Shown: positions 9,894 through 18,410 of the stretch, piece after piece
Position numbering within the stretch: position 1 is the first letter of the stretch
Layout of the letters: each line of letters begins with the position of its first letter
Assembly (NCBI GenBank): GCA_036489765.1
Contig: DASXFE010000128.1
Coordinates: forward strand, 21,900-85,899
Reading direction: 5' to 3'
DNA length: 64,000 bases
DNA from: Stellaceae bacterium
Lineage (GTDB): Bacteria; Pseudomonadota; Alphaproteobacteria; ATCC43930; CGMCC-115725
Made by a program: the position numbers and the translations under genes
Notes under the pieces: generated by a model
Told to the model about the DNA's origin: nothing
Database searches by the model: none
The model's input: only the letters and a program-made list of their open reading frames with translations

Positions 9894-10972
9894 TCGCGTC
9901 CATCGAGGAAGGTGCGCACATCGCGGGCGATGATCGCCGCCTCGGCCGGCTCGGCATCCTCGCCAAGCCCGCGATGGCCCATGTCTGAAGCGATCTCGAC
10001 GTAAGTCGCATGCTTGACGAGATCGCGGATCCGCCGGGTGCCGTTGAGCCCGAGGAGCCGGTCGCTGGCGCTGGCGAGGACCAGCACCGGTGCGCGGATT
10101 TGCTTGAGCGCGGTCGCCATATCGCCCGCGAACGGCGCCGAGACGTCGTGCCCGCGGCAGGCAGCGTAGCGGAACACCAGCGAGTTGGCATCCCAGGCGG
10201 CAAAGGATTTTGCCGTCGCCTCCATCTCGTCGCCGAGCTGCTTCGCCGAAACGCGCTCGAGATAGGGGGCCGAGACGTTCCACGGGTAATAGACCATCCC
10301 GGCGCGGCGCAGCCCCTCCTGCGGGTTGTGCTCGTAGCGCCCGCCTTGCCATTCGGGGTCGAGCGTGACGACGGAGCTCATCACGTCGATGACGAGACGG
10401 AAATTCGCCTCGGCCTTTGGGCTCGGGGCGATCAGCACGACGCTCTGCATCATCGCCGGGTGGTGGATCGCCCATTCGAGCGCGACGAACGAGCCCAACG
10501 AGCGGCCGACGACGGCACGCAGCCGGGTCAGCTTCAGCCCATTCGCAACGAGCGCCTGCTGTGCCTCCATCATGTCGCGGATCGTGTAGCGGGGAAATTC
10601 CTGCCCCGCCGCGTCCGCCGGCGACGACGACCCGCCGCCGCCGATCAGGTCGGCCGTGATGACGAAATACTTGTCGGTGTCGATGGCCTTGCCGGGTCCG
10701 ATCAGCGGCGCCAGCGCGTCGCGGCCGCCGCGCGCCCCCGGCATCGCGACGATCGCGTTGTCGCCGGCCGGCGACAATCTGCCTTGGGTCTCGTAGGCGA
10801 TGCGCAGCTCGGGCAGGACCGAACCGTCCTCGAACTTGAAATCCTGCATCGTGTAGATCGCCGGCTCGCCGCACCATGCCGCGCTGCCGGGCAGGATCAG
10901 CACCAGCGCCAGGAGCGCGGCGAGCACCGCCGCCCGGTTGGCCGAACGCCGTCTCAGGCCGGATCCCGGCAT
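9890..10972 (-). CDS. Secreted alpha/beta hydrolase (homoserine-acetyltransferase-like fold)
   Basis: ATG 10972 (MPGSGLRRRSANRAAVLAALLALVLILPGSAAW) gives a signal peptide. Nucleophile elbow GRSLGS. The remainder of the listed 952-aa ORF (10973-12748) is antisense read-through of the next gene. Confidence 0.75.
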   Translation of the reverse strand: MPGSGLRRRSANRAAVLAALLALVLILPGSAAWCGEPAIYTMQDFKFEDGSVLPELRIAYETQGRLSPAGDNAIVAMPGARGGRDALAPLIGPGKAIDTDKYFVITADLIGGGGSSSPADAAGQEFPRYTIRDMMEAQQALVANGLKLTRLRAVVGRSLGSFVALEWAIHHPAMMQSVVLIAPSPKAEANFRLVIDVMSSVVTLDPEWQGGRYEHNPQEGLRRAGMVYYPWNVSAPYLERVSAKQLGDEMEATAKSFAAWDANSLVFRYAACRGHDVSAPFAGDMATALKQIRAPVLVLASASDRLLGLNGTRRIRDLVKHATYVEIASDMGHRGLGEDAEPAEAAIIARDVRTFLDGRD

Positions 10973-11140
10973 CGCGCGCTCCTCCCACACACCTCTTTGC
11001 CGGCATAATCTCGGGGATCGGCGCACCGCGCCAGCGTGTTGTGTCGGCTTGTCGCGCCGGCGGGATTGGGGGAAAGTCTCGCCCGCGCGTCCGGGGGGTG
11101 CGACCCGATGGACCAAAGCGATTTCCAAGGAGCGTGGCGC

Positions 11141-12742
11141 ATGCTGTTCGACCCGGGCGCGAAAAGGGCGGCCTCGCCGGCCCTCTGGTGCGCGGCGGCG
11201 GCGCTTGCCGGCCTGCTCTGTTGCGGCGGGACCGCGCGGGCGCAGGACGACATCGACAACGAAACGCCGATCGTCGCCGCTCCGGTCCCGGACGCGCCGC
11301 CGGGGGTCAAGAAACATCACCACAAGAGGCGGCCGCGGCCCGACGATGACTATTCGGCGGGGATCGACCCCAACAGCATCGCCACCCCGCCGACGACCCC
11401 GCTGCCCCCGATCGCGCCGGCGCCTCCACCCGGCGTCGCGCCGGTCGCGGCCACGGCGCCGCCGCAAAGCCCGCTCCCGATCGGCCTTCCGCCGGGTCCG
11501 GGGTCGGGGCCGTCGGCGCCGCCGCCTGCCGTTGCGGCGGCGGCGCCACCCGCTCCGGTGATCGTCCCCGCACCGGTCGCTGCGGTCGCGCCACCGCCGG
11601 TCGGCGGCGCAGTCCGCGAGCTCGACAGCGAACCCTGGTCGGCCGCCGTGCTCCTCGGCCGGCTTTGCGACAACACGCTGCGCCACAACGAGGAAGACCG
11701 GCTCGCCGGCCTCGTCAGTTTTACCGTCCGGTCGACGCTCAGCTACGACAAGCGCAAATTCACCGGCGCCGAGATCGACGACCTCGTGCAGGACGGGATC
11801 GACGCCCTGCTGAGGGATTGCCCGCGCATCGAGGCGACCGACCGCGCCCACCGGCTCGGCCTCGTCATCGAGACGATGCAGGCTCTCGCGCTGCGGCGGA
11901 TCGAGGACCGCAAGCACCCGCGCGCGCAGTACGCCACCGGCGACGGCCCGCCCCTGTCGCCCGCCGAGCGCCGCCTCGTCCGCCGCGCCCAAAAGCCGCT
12001 CGGCACACCCACCGCCGCCGACCTGTCGCAGGAGCTGACCGCGTCCGAGATCGACGGCTGGCTCGACGGGTTGTCGCCGATACAGCGCGCGCTGGCGCTG
12101 TTCCAATACGCCTCCGACGTCACCCCGCAGGAGGAAGAGGCCGCGCTCGGCATCGCACCGACCGTGCTGCGCAAGGACGCGACGGTGGCCAAGGCCAACC
12201 TGATGACCTACTTCCGCCAGGACGAGGAGGCCGCGCCGAACGTCGCGCCGCGCCCGCCGATCGAGTATCGCGAGGCCGGGACCCCGGTCACCAAGCTGCT
12301 CGAGGTCAGCGCCGCCGGCGCGGGACCGTCGGCCCCGCAAGGCGCGGCGATCAGGATCACCGGGATCAGCGCCGACCTCCTCGCCGGCTGGTCGCTGCTG
12401 GCGATCGCCACCGGCCTTCCGCCCGACAGGGGGCTCGACATCACCGCGCCGGTCATGCTGGCCGTCGGCGAGGGCGAGCAGCGGCGCCGCGTGCTCGTCG
12501 TCGCGGCCGCTGAGATGACCCAGCCATATGCCCCGATCCGCCGCTATCTCCTCAAGGCCTATGCCATCGACGGCGACGGCCAGGGCGTCGGCTACCACGA
12601 CGCGCTGCACCTCGTGCCCGGCGGGATCAACAACGCCGAGGCCGAAAGGACGCTGCATCAGCCGGGTCTCGCCCAGATCGAGATCGCCCGCTGCCTCTGG
12701 CATGACTACGGCACCGGCCCCGACCCCGGGCTGTGCCGGTAA
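11141..12742 (+). CDS. Hypothetical protein: signal-peptide-like N-terminus, ~130 aa Pro/Ala-rich region, ECF-sigma-like segments, unknown C-terminal domain
   Basis: High GC3 in this frame. ATG 11141 gives MLFDPGAKRAASPALWCAAAALAGLLCCGGTARA/QD. Segments AEIDDLVQDGIDALLR and LSPIQRALALFQYASDVTPQEEEAALGIAPTVLRKDATVAKANL look like sigma-70 regions 2 and 4. Confidence 0.6.
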   Translation: MLFDPGAKRAASPALWCAAAALAGLLCCGGTARAQDDIDNETPIVAAPVPDAPPGVKKHHHKRRPRPDDDYSAGIDPNSIATPPTTPLPPIAPAPPPGVAPVAATAPPQSPLPIGLPPGPGSGPSAPPPAVAAAAPPAPVIVPAPVAAVAPPPVGGAVRELDSEPWSAAVLLGRLCDNTLRHNEEDRLAGLVSFTVRSTLSYDKRKFTGAEIDDLVQDGIDALLRDCPRIEATDRAHRLGLVIETMQALALRRIEDRKHPRAQYATGDGPPLSPAERRLVRRAQKPLGTPTAADLSQELTASEIDGWLDGLSPIQRALALFQYASDVTPQEEEAALGIAPTVLRKDATVAKANLMTYFRQDEEAAPNVAPRPPIEYREAGTPVTKLLEVSAAGAGPSAPQGAAIRITGISADLLAGWSLLAIATGLPPDRGLDITAPVMLAVGEGEQRRRVLVVAAAEMTQPYAPIRRYLLKAYAIDGDGQGVGYHDALHLVPGGINNAEAERTLHQPGLAQIEIARCLWHDYGTGPDPGLCR

Positions 12743-12777
12743 AAGCACCCCTTCCGCACCTCTTTTTTCGTCATTCT

Positions 12778-12795
12778 CCCCCGCCTCTGCGGGGG
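12778..12795. repeat. Short GC hairpin (REP-like unit)
   Basis: CCCCCGC-ctct-GCGGGGG, flanked by gtca/tgac. Confidence 0.5.
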
Positions 12796-12856
12796 TGACG
12801 AACTAAGGAAAGCCATCCCAACGGATGGCGCCGGCGCATTTTCCCTTGCGATCCCG

Positions 12857-12876
12857 CTTGGCAAGTGCCAAGTTTT
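12857..12876 (+). terminator. Intrinsic-terminator-like hairpin after the 11141-12742 gene
   Basis: CTTGGCA-ag-TGCCAAG is followed directly by TTTT. Confidence 0.45.
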
Positions 12877-13026
12877 ACTTGTCGTCAACGCAGCAGGAGG
12901 GTGTGTAAAGAACATGATACCACCTGGGAAGCGTCAGTTGCCGACCACTTGGCATCGGCAACCGATCGTCAAGACCAAGAGATAGCTCGACAGATGCTGT
13001 CGAGCGCGAAGGAATACTTCGCAAAG

Positions 13027-13087
13027 GAACCCCCGTTTGTCGTCATTTGGCCGAAAGGCCAGGGCGCACGGGGGTTCTGTTGTTTCT
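13027..13087 (+). terminator. Nested stem-loop with U-rich tail (possible 3' end of a small RNA or leader)
   Basis: Outer stem GAACCCCCG (13027-13035) pairs with CGGGGGTTC (13069-13077). Inner hairpin GGCC-GAAA-GGCC (13049-13060). The tail is TGTTGTTTCT. Confidence 0.45.
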
Positions 13088-13089
13088 GA

Positions 13090-13995
13090 GTGCCTGATTG
13101 GAGCGAGATCGTGCCGCCGACCCTTGACCCTTACGGACCGACCTCGCGCATTTACTTCTCACAGCGCCTCAGGCTGCACTACGTCGATTGGGGCAACCCC
13201 GGCGCGCCGCCGCTTTTGCTTGTCCATGGCGGGCGCGACCATTGCCGCAACTGGGATTGGGTCGCGAGCGCCTTGCGCCACGAGTACCACATCCTCGCGC
13301 CCGATCTGCGCGGCCACGGCGACAGCCAGTGGTCGCCCGACGGCAGCTATTCGGTCGCCGCCTATATCTACGACTTGGCGCAGTTGATCCATCAGCAGGA
13401 ACTGGCGCCGGTCACGATCGTCGGCCATTCGCTCGGCGGGATGCTGACGCTGCGCTACGCCGGCATCTATCCCGGGAACGTGCGCAAGGTCGTCGCGATC
13501 GAGGGGCTCGGCATGACCCCGCGCGCAATGGTCGACCGTGCCAAGCAGCCGATCGCCGACCGCATGCAGCGCTGGATCGAACAACAGCGCGACCTTTCCG
13601 GCCGCCTCCCACGCCGTTACCCCTCGATCGACGAGGCCTTGAAGCGCATGCAGGAGGCCAACCGCCACCTCTCGCCCGAGCAGGCCCGCCACCTGACCCA
13701 GCACGGCGTCAACCAGAACGAAGACGGCACCTATAGCTGGAAATTCGATAACTACGTCCGCTCCGACCGCCCTTACGGGATGACCCAGGACGAGACGCAA
13801 GCCCTCTGGCAGCGCATCACCTGCCCGACCCTCCTCGTCTACGGCAAGGAAAGCTGGGCCTCGAACCCCGAGGACGACGGCCGCATCAAGCATTTCCAGA
13901 ACGCCCGCGTCGTCTCCTTCGACCACGCCGGCCACTGGGTCCACCACGACCGCCTCGACGGGTTCCTGGACTTGGTGCGGGAGTTTCTGCCTTAA
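13090..13995 (+). CDS. Alpha/beta hydrolase (epoxide-hydrolase/haloalkane-dehalogenase-like)
   Basis: HGG-type oxyanion motif LLLVHGGRDH, nucleophile elbow GHSLGG, C-terminal GHWVHHD. GTG 13111, preceded by GGAG, is an alternative start. Confidence 0.85.
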   Translation: MPDWSEIVPPTLDPYGPTSRIYFSQRLRLHYVDWGNPGAPPLLLVHGGRDHCRNWDWVASALRHEYHILAPDLRGHGDSQWSPDGSYSVAAYIYDLAQLIHQQELAPVTIVGHSLGGMLTLRYAGIYPGNVRKVVAIEGLGMTPRAMVDRAKQPIADRMQRWIEQQRDLSGRLPRRYPSIDEALKRMQEANRHLSPEQARHLTQHGVNQNEDGTYSWKFDNYVRSDRPYGMTQDETQALWQRITCPTLLVYGKESWASNPEDDGRIKHFQNARVVSFDHAGHWVHHDRLDGFLDLVREFLP

Positions 13996-14101
13996 TGCGG
14001 CGTCACCAAGAATTCGGGCGGCCCTACCGTCCGCGACGGCTTGTAGTCGTGGCCCTATCTGGAAGGCGTATTCATCGTTTTCTTTAGCAAGGGAGGGTTC
14101 C

Positions 14102-14386
14102 TTGGCTCAGACCAAAAAGCCGACGATCAGTGTAGACGCCGGCAATGACGTGCCGGGCCGGCGGTTTACCTCGGTGGGTGTTTTCGGGGAGAATTTTCCG
14201 GCTGGCTCGGCGGTCAATCTCCTCGCGCACGGGCGCCGAGGAACGGCCATGGTGCAGTCGGACGGCTCGTTCCAGTGGTCGACCAGCTTCAAGCCCCCGC
14301 TGGCGTGCGGCGGCACCGTATCGGTGACGATCCACGGCGCGGACGGGATCGCGCTTGAGGGATCGTCGGACGTGTTCTGCCCCTGA
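14102..14386 (+). CDS. Hypothetical small protein (94 aa)
   Basis: TTG start 7 nt after a strong SD (AAGGGAGGG, 14088-14096). Codon bias is GC3-rich. I recognise no family. Confidence 0.5.
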   Translation: MAQTKKPTISVDAGNDVPGRRFTSVGVFGENFPAGSAVNLLAHGRRGTAMVQSDGSFQWSTSFKPPLACGGTVSVTIHGADGIALEGSSDVFCP

Positions 14387-14507
14387 GACATATCGGCGGC
14401 AAGGGGGCGGTGGACGCCGTTCATGGCCCCTTGACGCTTCGCGGCCCGGGACTCGATCGGTGCCGCGACCGGAATGCCGACCCGGCGGACCGCCGCCGGG
14501 ATCCGCC

Positions 14508-14969
14508 CTACTTCCCGCCGAAAATCGGATAAATCACCCGATCCCCCGGCTTGATCCCGAGCTTCGCCGCGGTCCCGCCGTTAAGCTCGATGACCGCGCG
14601 CACCGCTCCCTGCGACGAGATCATGTCCTCCGACATCGGGATGGCGCGCTCGTGGATGTTGACGATCCGCCCGTCCGCGCCGACGAACAGCATGTCGAGC
14701 GGGATGAGGGTGTTCTTCATCCAGAACGTCGTCGGCTGCGGGCGGCCGAAATCGAACAGCATCCCGGCATCGGGCGCCATGCTCCGCCGGTACATCAGCC
14801 CCTGCTCTTGCTGGGCCGGGGTCGTCGCCAGCTCGATGGTGAATTTGTGGTCGCCCGTCGCGCTGGAGATGGTGATCTCCGACGTCTGAAAGATCTGGAG
14901 CTGCGCCAAGGCCGGCTGCGCGAAAAGCAGCGCGGCGGCGAGGAATAGCAGAAAGCGGCGGGTCGGCAT
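14508..14969 (-). CDS. DUF192 domain protein (secreted)
   Basis: Signal peptide MPTRRFLLFLAAALLFAQPALA. DUF192-type core GLMYRRSMAPDAGMLFDF...MKNTLIPLDMLF. Confidence 0.8.
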   Translation of the reverse strand: MPTRRFLLFLAAALLFAQPALAQLQIFQTSEITISSATGDHKFTIELATTPAQQEQGLMYRRSMAPDAGMLFDFGRPQPTTFWMKNTLIPLDMLFVGADGRIVNIHERAIPMSEDMISSQGAVRAVIELNGGTAAKLGIKPGDRVIYPIFGGK

Positions 14970-15121
14970 GGCGCGATCCGATAATCGAGCCCGAGGTCGC
15001 GGTCAATTACCTGTCATCGCGAGGCCGCCCCGCGCGCGGGGACGCGGCAATCTCGTGCGGAGGAGCCTCTTGCGGCACAAGATTGCTTCGCCGCGCTCGC
15101 AATGCCAGAAACGTGGGCGAC

Positions 15122-16291
15122 ATGACGAGGCGATCGATGGCCAAAAGCAATTACCACCCCGCCACCATGGCCGCCCAAGGCCTCGGCTGGACCGATGCGT
15201 CCACCGGCGCCGTGGTGCTGCCGATCCACACGGCGACGACCTTTATCCGCGACCCCGACAACGAGTACCGCCGCGGCCGCAACTACGCCCGTGCCGACAG
15301 CGCCGCGTACGACCAGCCCGAGGCGGTGATCACCGCACTCGAAGGCGGTGTGAAGTCGCTGGTGCTGTCGTCGGGGATGGCGGCGGCGACGGTCGTCTTC
15401 CGCGCGCTGCCGGTCGGCGCGCACGTTGTCGCACCGCAGGTCATGTATCACAGCCTGCGCCGCTGGATCGCCGGCTGGGCCGCCGAGGGGCACATCACCG
15501 CCGATTTCGCCGACGCCTCGTCGCTCGACGCGCTGCGCGCCGCCGTGATCCCCGGCCGTACCCGGCTCGTCTGGATCGAGACGCCGGCCAACCCGCTGTG
15601 GTCGGTGACCGACATCGCCGGTGCGGCCGAGATCGCCCACGCGGCCGGCGCGCTCCTCGCCGTCGACAGCACCACGGCAAGCCCGGTGCTGACCCGCCCG
15701 ATCGAGCACGGCGCCGATATCGTCATGCACTCGGCGACCAAATATCTCAACGGCCACAGCGACGTGATCGCCGGCTCGCTGACCACGGCCCGCGAGGACG
15801 ATTTCTGGCAGCGCCTCGTCGCCGGGCGCAGCAGCAGCGGCGCGATCCTCGGCAGCCTCGAGGCCTATCTGTTGCTGCGCGGCATGCGCACGCTGCCGCT
15901 CAGGGTCGAGCGCGCCTGCCGCTCCGCCCAACGGATCGCAGAGGCGCTCAGCCGCAACCCGCACGTCGCCGCGGTGCTCTATCCCGGCCTCCCCGACCAC
16001 CCGAACCACGCGGTCGCCGCCCGCCAGATGCAGGGCGGGTTTGGCGGGATGATGAGCATCCGGGTCAAGGGCGGCGAGGCCGCCGCGATCGCTACCGCCG
16101 CCCGCATCGAATTGTGGAAGCGCGCCACCTCGCTCGGCGGCGTCGAAAGCCTGATCGAACACCGCGCCTCGATCGAAGGCCCCGGCTCTCCGGTCCCGTC
16201 CGATTTGTTGCGTATGTCCGTCGGCTGCGAAGACCCCGACGACCTGATTGCCGACATCGAACAGGCGCTGGCGGGGGCAACGCATTCGTAG
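15122..16291 (+). CDS. PLP-dependent Cys/Met-metabolism enzyme (cystathionine gamma-synthase / O-acylhomoserine sulfhydrylase family)
   Basis: PLP-lysine signature SATKYLNGHSD. The family-typical N-terminus is TMAAQGLGWTD...PIHTATTF. ATG 15122 was chosen. Confidence 0.85.
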   Translation: MTRRSMAKSNYHPATMAAQGLGWTDASTGAVVLPIHTATTFIRDPDNEYRRGRNYARADSAAYDQPEAVITALEGGVKSLVLSSGMAAATVVFRALPVGAHVVAPQVMYHSLRRWIAGWAAEGHITADFADASSLDALRAAVIPGRTRLVWIETPANPLWSVTDIAGAAEIAHAAGALLAVDSTTASPVLTRPIEHGADIVMHSATKYLNGHSDVIAGSLTTAREDDFWQRLVAGRSSSGAILGSLEAYLLLRGMRTLPLRVERACRSAQRIAEALSRNPHVAAVLYPGLPDHPNHAVAARQMQGGFGGMMSIRVKGGEAAAIATAARIELWKRATSLGGVESLIEHRASIEGPGSPVPSDLLRMSVGCEDPDDLIADIEQALAGATHS

Positions 16292-16298
16292 CATTTGT

Positions 16299-16332
16299 GT
16301 AGGATGGGCTTCGCCGCGCTCGGCCCTCCTAC
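16299..16332. repeat. Intergenic imperfect palindrome (GTAGGATGGG-type element) between convergent genes
   Basis: GTAGGATGGGCttcgccgcgctcGGCCCTCCTAC lies between the stop of the PLP enzyme gene and the sufT stop. Confidence 0.55.
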
Positions 16333-16341
16333 GATCGCCAG

Positions 16342-16737
16342 CTACATCAGACCGAGTTCGAGCTTGGCGGCTTCGCTCATCATGTCGCGGTCCCAGGGGG
16401 GCGACCACACCAAGTTCACCCGCACCTCGTTGACCCCCTCGACGCCGGCGATCGCACTTTCGACCTCGCCCGGCATGCTTTGCGCGACCGGGCAGGCGGG
16501 CGTCGTCAAGGTCATCTCGACAAAAACGGTGCCGCCCTTTTTCACGAGCAGCTCGTAGATCAGACCGAGTTCGACCAAATTGATCGGAATCTCCGGATCC
16601 TGGACCGTCTTCAAAGCCTCGAGCACCGGCTCCATCAGCACGGGATCGTCGTCGCCCTCGGGCCGCTCGACCGGCTCGGTCGCGGGCGGCGGGGGCTGGA
16701 AGTCGAAATAATCGTGGTTGTGCGGATCCGACGGCAT
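16342..16737 (-). CDS. sufT: SUF-associated Fe-S assembly protein SufT (DUF59/MIP18)
   Basis: DUF59 core DPEIPINLVELGLIY...MTLTTPACP. It is the last gene of the suf operon. Confidence 0.8.
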   Translation of the reverse strand: MPSDPHNHDYFDFQPPPPATEPVERPEGDDDPVLMEPVLEALKTVQDPEIPINLVELGLIYELLVKKGGTVFVEMTLTTPACPVAQSMPGEVESAIAGVEGVNEVRVNLVWSPPWDRDMMSEAAKLELGLM

Positions 16738-16743
16738 CCTGTC

Positions 16744-17202
16744 CTACTCCGTCTTGACCGTGTCAGTGCCCTTGAGCGCCGCCTCGAAGGCGTGCCAGGG
16801 CAAGGTCGCGCATTTGACCCGCGCCGGATAGGCCTTGACCCCAGTCAGCGGCTCCAGCCGCTCGGAATCCTCGGCCAAATCCTCCGGCACCGCGACGGGC
16901 TCGCCGCCCGTGACCTCGGCGTGGAAGCGGGCGAAGAGCTGCCGCGCCTCGCCGAGCGTCTTGCCCTTCAAGACCTCGGTCATCAGCGACGACGACGCGG
17001 TCGAGATCGCGCAGCCGCGTCCGTCGAAGCTCACATCCTCGATGCGGTCGCCGTCGAGCGACAGGTACACGGTGACCCGGTCGCCGCAGAGCGGATTGTG
17101 GCCCTTCGCCAGATGCGTCGGATGGTCGAGCGCGCGGCGGTTCCGCGGGTGGCGCCCATGGTCGAGTATGATGTCCTGATAAAGCTCGCGCAGATCCATC
17201 AT
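16744..17202 (-). CDS. sufU: SUF system NifU-family scaffold/sulfur acceptor SufU
   Basis: Motifs NPLCGDRV, GRGCAISTASSS and CATLPW. ATG 17202 overlaps the sufS stop in an ATGA. Confidence 0.82.
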   Translation of the reverse strand: MMDLRELYQDIILDHGRHPRNRRALDHPTHLAKGHNPLCGDRVTVYLSLDGDRIEDVSFDGRGCAISTASSSLMTEVLKGKTLGEARQLFARFHAEVTGGEPVAVPEDLAEDSERLEPLTGVKAYPARVKCATLPWHAFEAALKGTDTVKTE

Positions 17203-18410
17203 CGCGAAAACATCTCCCGGCATGCCTCGATCGCCGCCGCCAGCCGATCGATATCGGCGCGATCGTTGTACACGCCAAACGAGGCGCGCACCGTGCCCGC
17301 CACGCCCAATTTGTCCATCAGCGGCTGCGCGCAGTGATTACCGACGCGCACCGCCACATTATGCTGGTCGAGCACGGTGCCGACATCGTGCGGATGCACG
17401 CCGTCGAGGTTGAACGACAGGACGCTCATCTGCCGTTGCCCGCCCTTGACGAGGTTGAGATCGGGGATGCGCGACAGCACATCGACCGCATACCCGGTCA
17501 GCTCCGCCTCATGCTCGCGGATCTGGGCGCGGCCCAGGCCTTCGACGAATTGCAGCGCCTTGCCGAGCCCGACCGCGCCGGCGATATCGGGCGTCCCGGC
17601 CTCGAACCGGTGCGGCGGCTCCTGGAATTCGCTGTGCGCGTACTCGACGCTGAGGATCATGCCGCCGCCGGTCTCCCACGCCGGGATCGCGTCGAGCAGA
17701 TCATAGCGGCCGTAGAGCACGCCGATCCCGCTCGGCCCGTACACCTTGTGGCCGGAGAAGGCATAGAAGTCGCACCCGATCGCCCGCACATCGACCGGCA
17801 TGCGCGGGATCGCCTGGCAGCCGTCGACCAGCACCAGCGCGCCATGCTGGTGCGCCAGACGGGTGATCGTCTCGACCGGCATCATCGTGCCGGTGACATT
17901 CGACACGTGCGTGACCGCGACCATCCGGGTCTTCGGCGACAGCATCGCCTCGAACGCGGAGAGGTCGAATTCCCCGGTCTCGTCGGTCGGCGCCACCCGC
18001 AGCGTGGCCCCGGCGCGCTCGCACGCCATCTGCCACGGCACGAGGTTCGAATGGTGCTCGAGATCGCTGATCACGACCTCGTCGCCGGCCTTGAGGTTCT
18101 TTCCGCCCCAGGCATGGGAGATGAGGTTGATCGCCTCGGTCGCGCCGCGGACGAAAACGATCTCGCGCTCGTCGGCGGCGTTGAGAAACGCCCTTGCGGT
18201 CTCTCTCGCCGCCTCGAACGCATCGGTCGAGCGCTGGCTGAGCCCATAAACGCCGCGATGCACGTTCGCGTAGTCGCTGCGATAGAACTCAGCGAGCCCG
18301 TCGATCACGGCCGCCGGCTTTTGCGCGCTCGCCCCGGAATCGAGGAAGACAAGCCCGGGGTTGCGCTCGAACACCGGGAATTGCTGGCGGAGGGATTTGA
18401 CGTCGATCAT
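17199..18410 (-). CDS. sufS: Cysteine desulfurase SufS (class II aminotransferase V)
   Basis: 403 aa with HHSNLVPW, the FSGHKVYGPSGIG PLP-lysine region, and RVGNHCAQPL containing the active-site Cys. Confidence 0.92.
   Translation of the reverse strand: MIDVKSLRQQFPVFERNPGLVFLDSGASAQKPAAVIDGLAEFYRSDYANVHRGVYGLSQRSTDAFEAARETARAFLNAADEREIVFVRGATEAINLISHAWGGKNLKAGDEVVISDLEHHSNLVPWQMACERAGATLRVAPTDETGEFDLSAFEAMLSPKTRMVAVTHVSNVTGTMMPVETITRLAHQHGALVLVDGCQAIPRMPVDVRAIGCDFYAFSGHKVYGPSGIGVLYGRYDLLDAIPAWETGGGMILSVEYAHSEFQEPPHRFEAGTPDIAGAVGLGKALQFVEGLGRAQIREHEAELTGYAVDVLSRIPDLNLVKGGQRQMSVLSFNLDGVHPHDVGTVLDQHNVAVRVGNHCAQPLMDKLGVAGTVRASFGVYNDRADIDRLAAAIEACREMFSR

Noticed and set aside
10973-12748. The upstream 590 aa of the listed 952-aa minus-strand ORF.
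   Set aside because: The hydrolase domain begins with its own signal peptide at ATG 10972. The remainder is antisense to the plus-strand gene at 11141-12742, which has the better third-position GC pattern.
12865-13089. A listed 74-aa ORF in the low-GC intergenic block.
   Set aside because: There is no convincing RBS at its start and third-position GC is poor. Its 3' half coincides with strong stem-loops and a terminator-like tail. I kept the region as an RNA candidate rather than a CDS.
14970-15121. A possible SAM-II/metA-type riboswitch upstream of the transsulfuration-family gene.
   Set aside because: I could not find the conserved AAAGCU-containing pseudoknot core or the expected pairing. 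Only generic GC-rich sequence is present. An Infernal scan would be needed to be sure.
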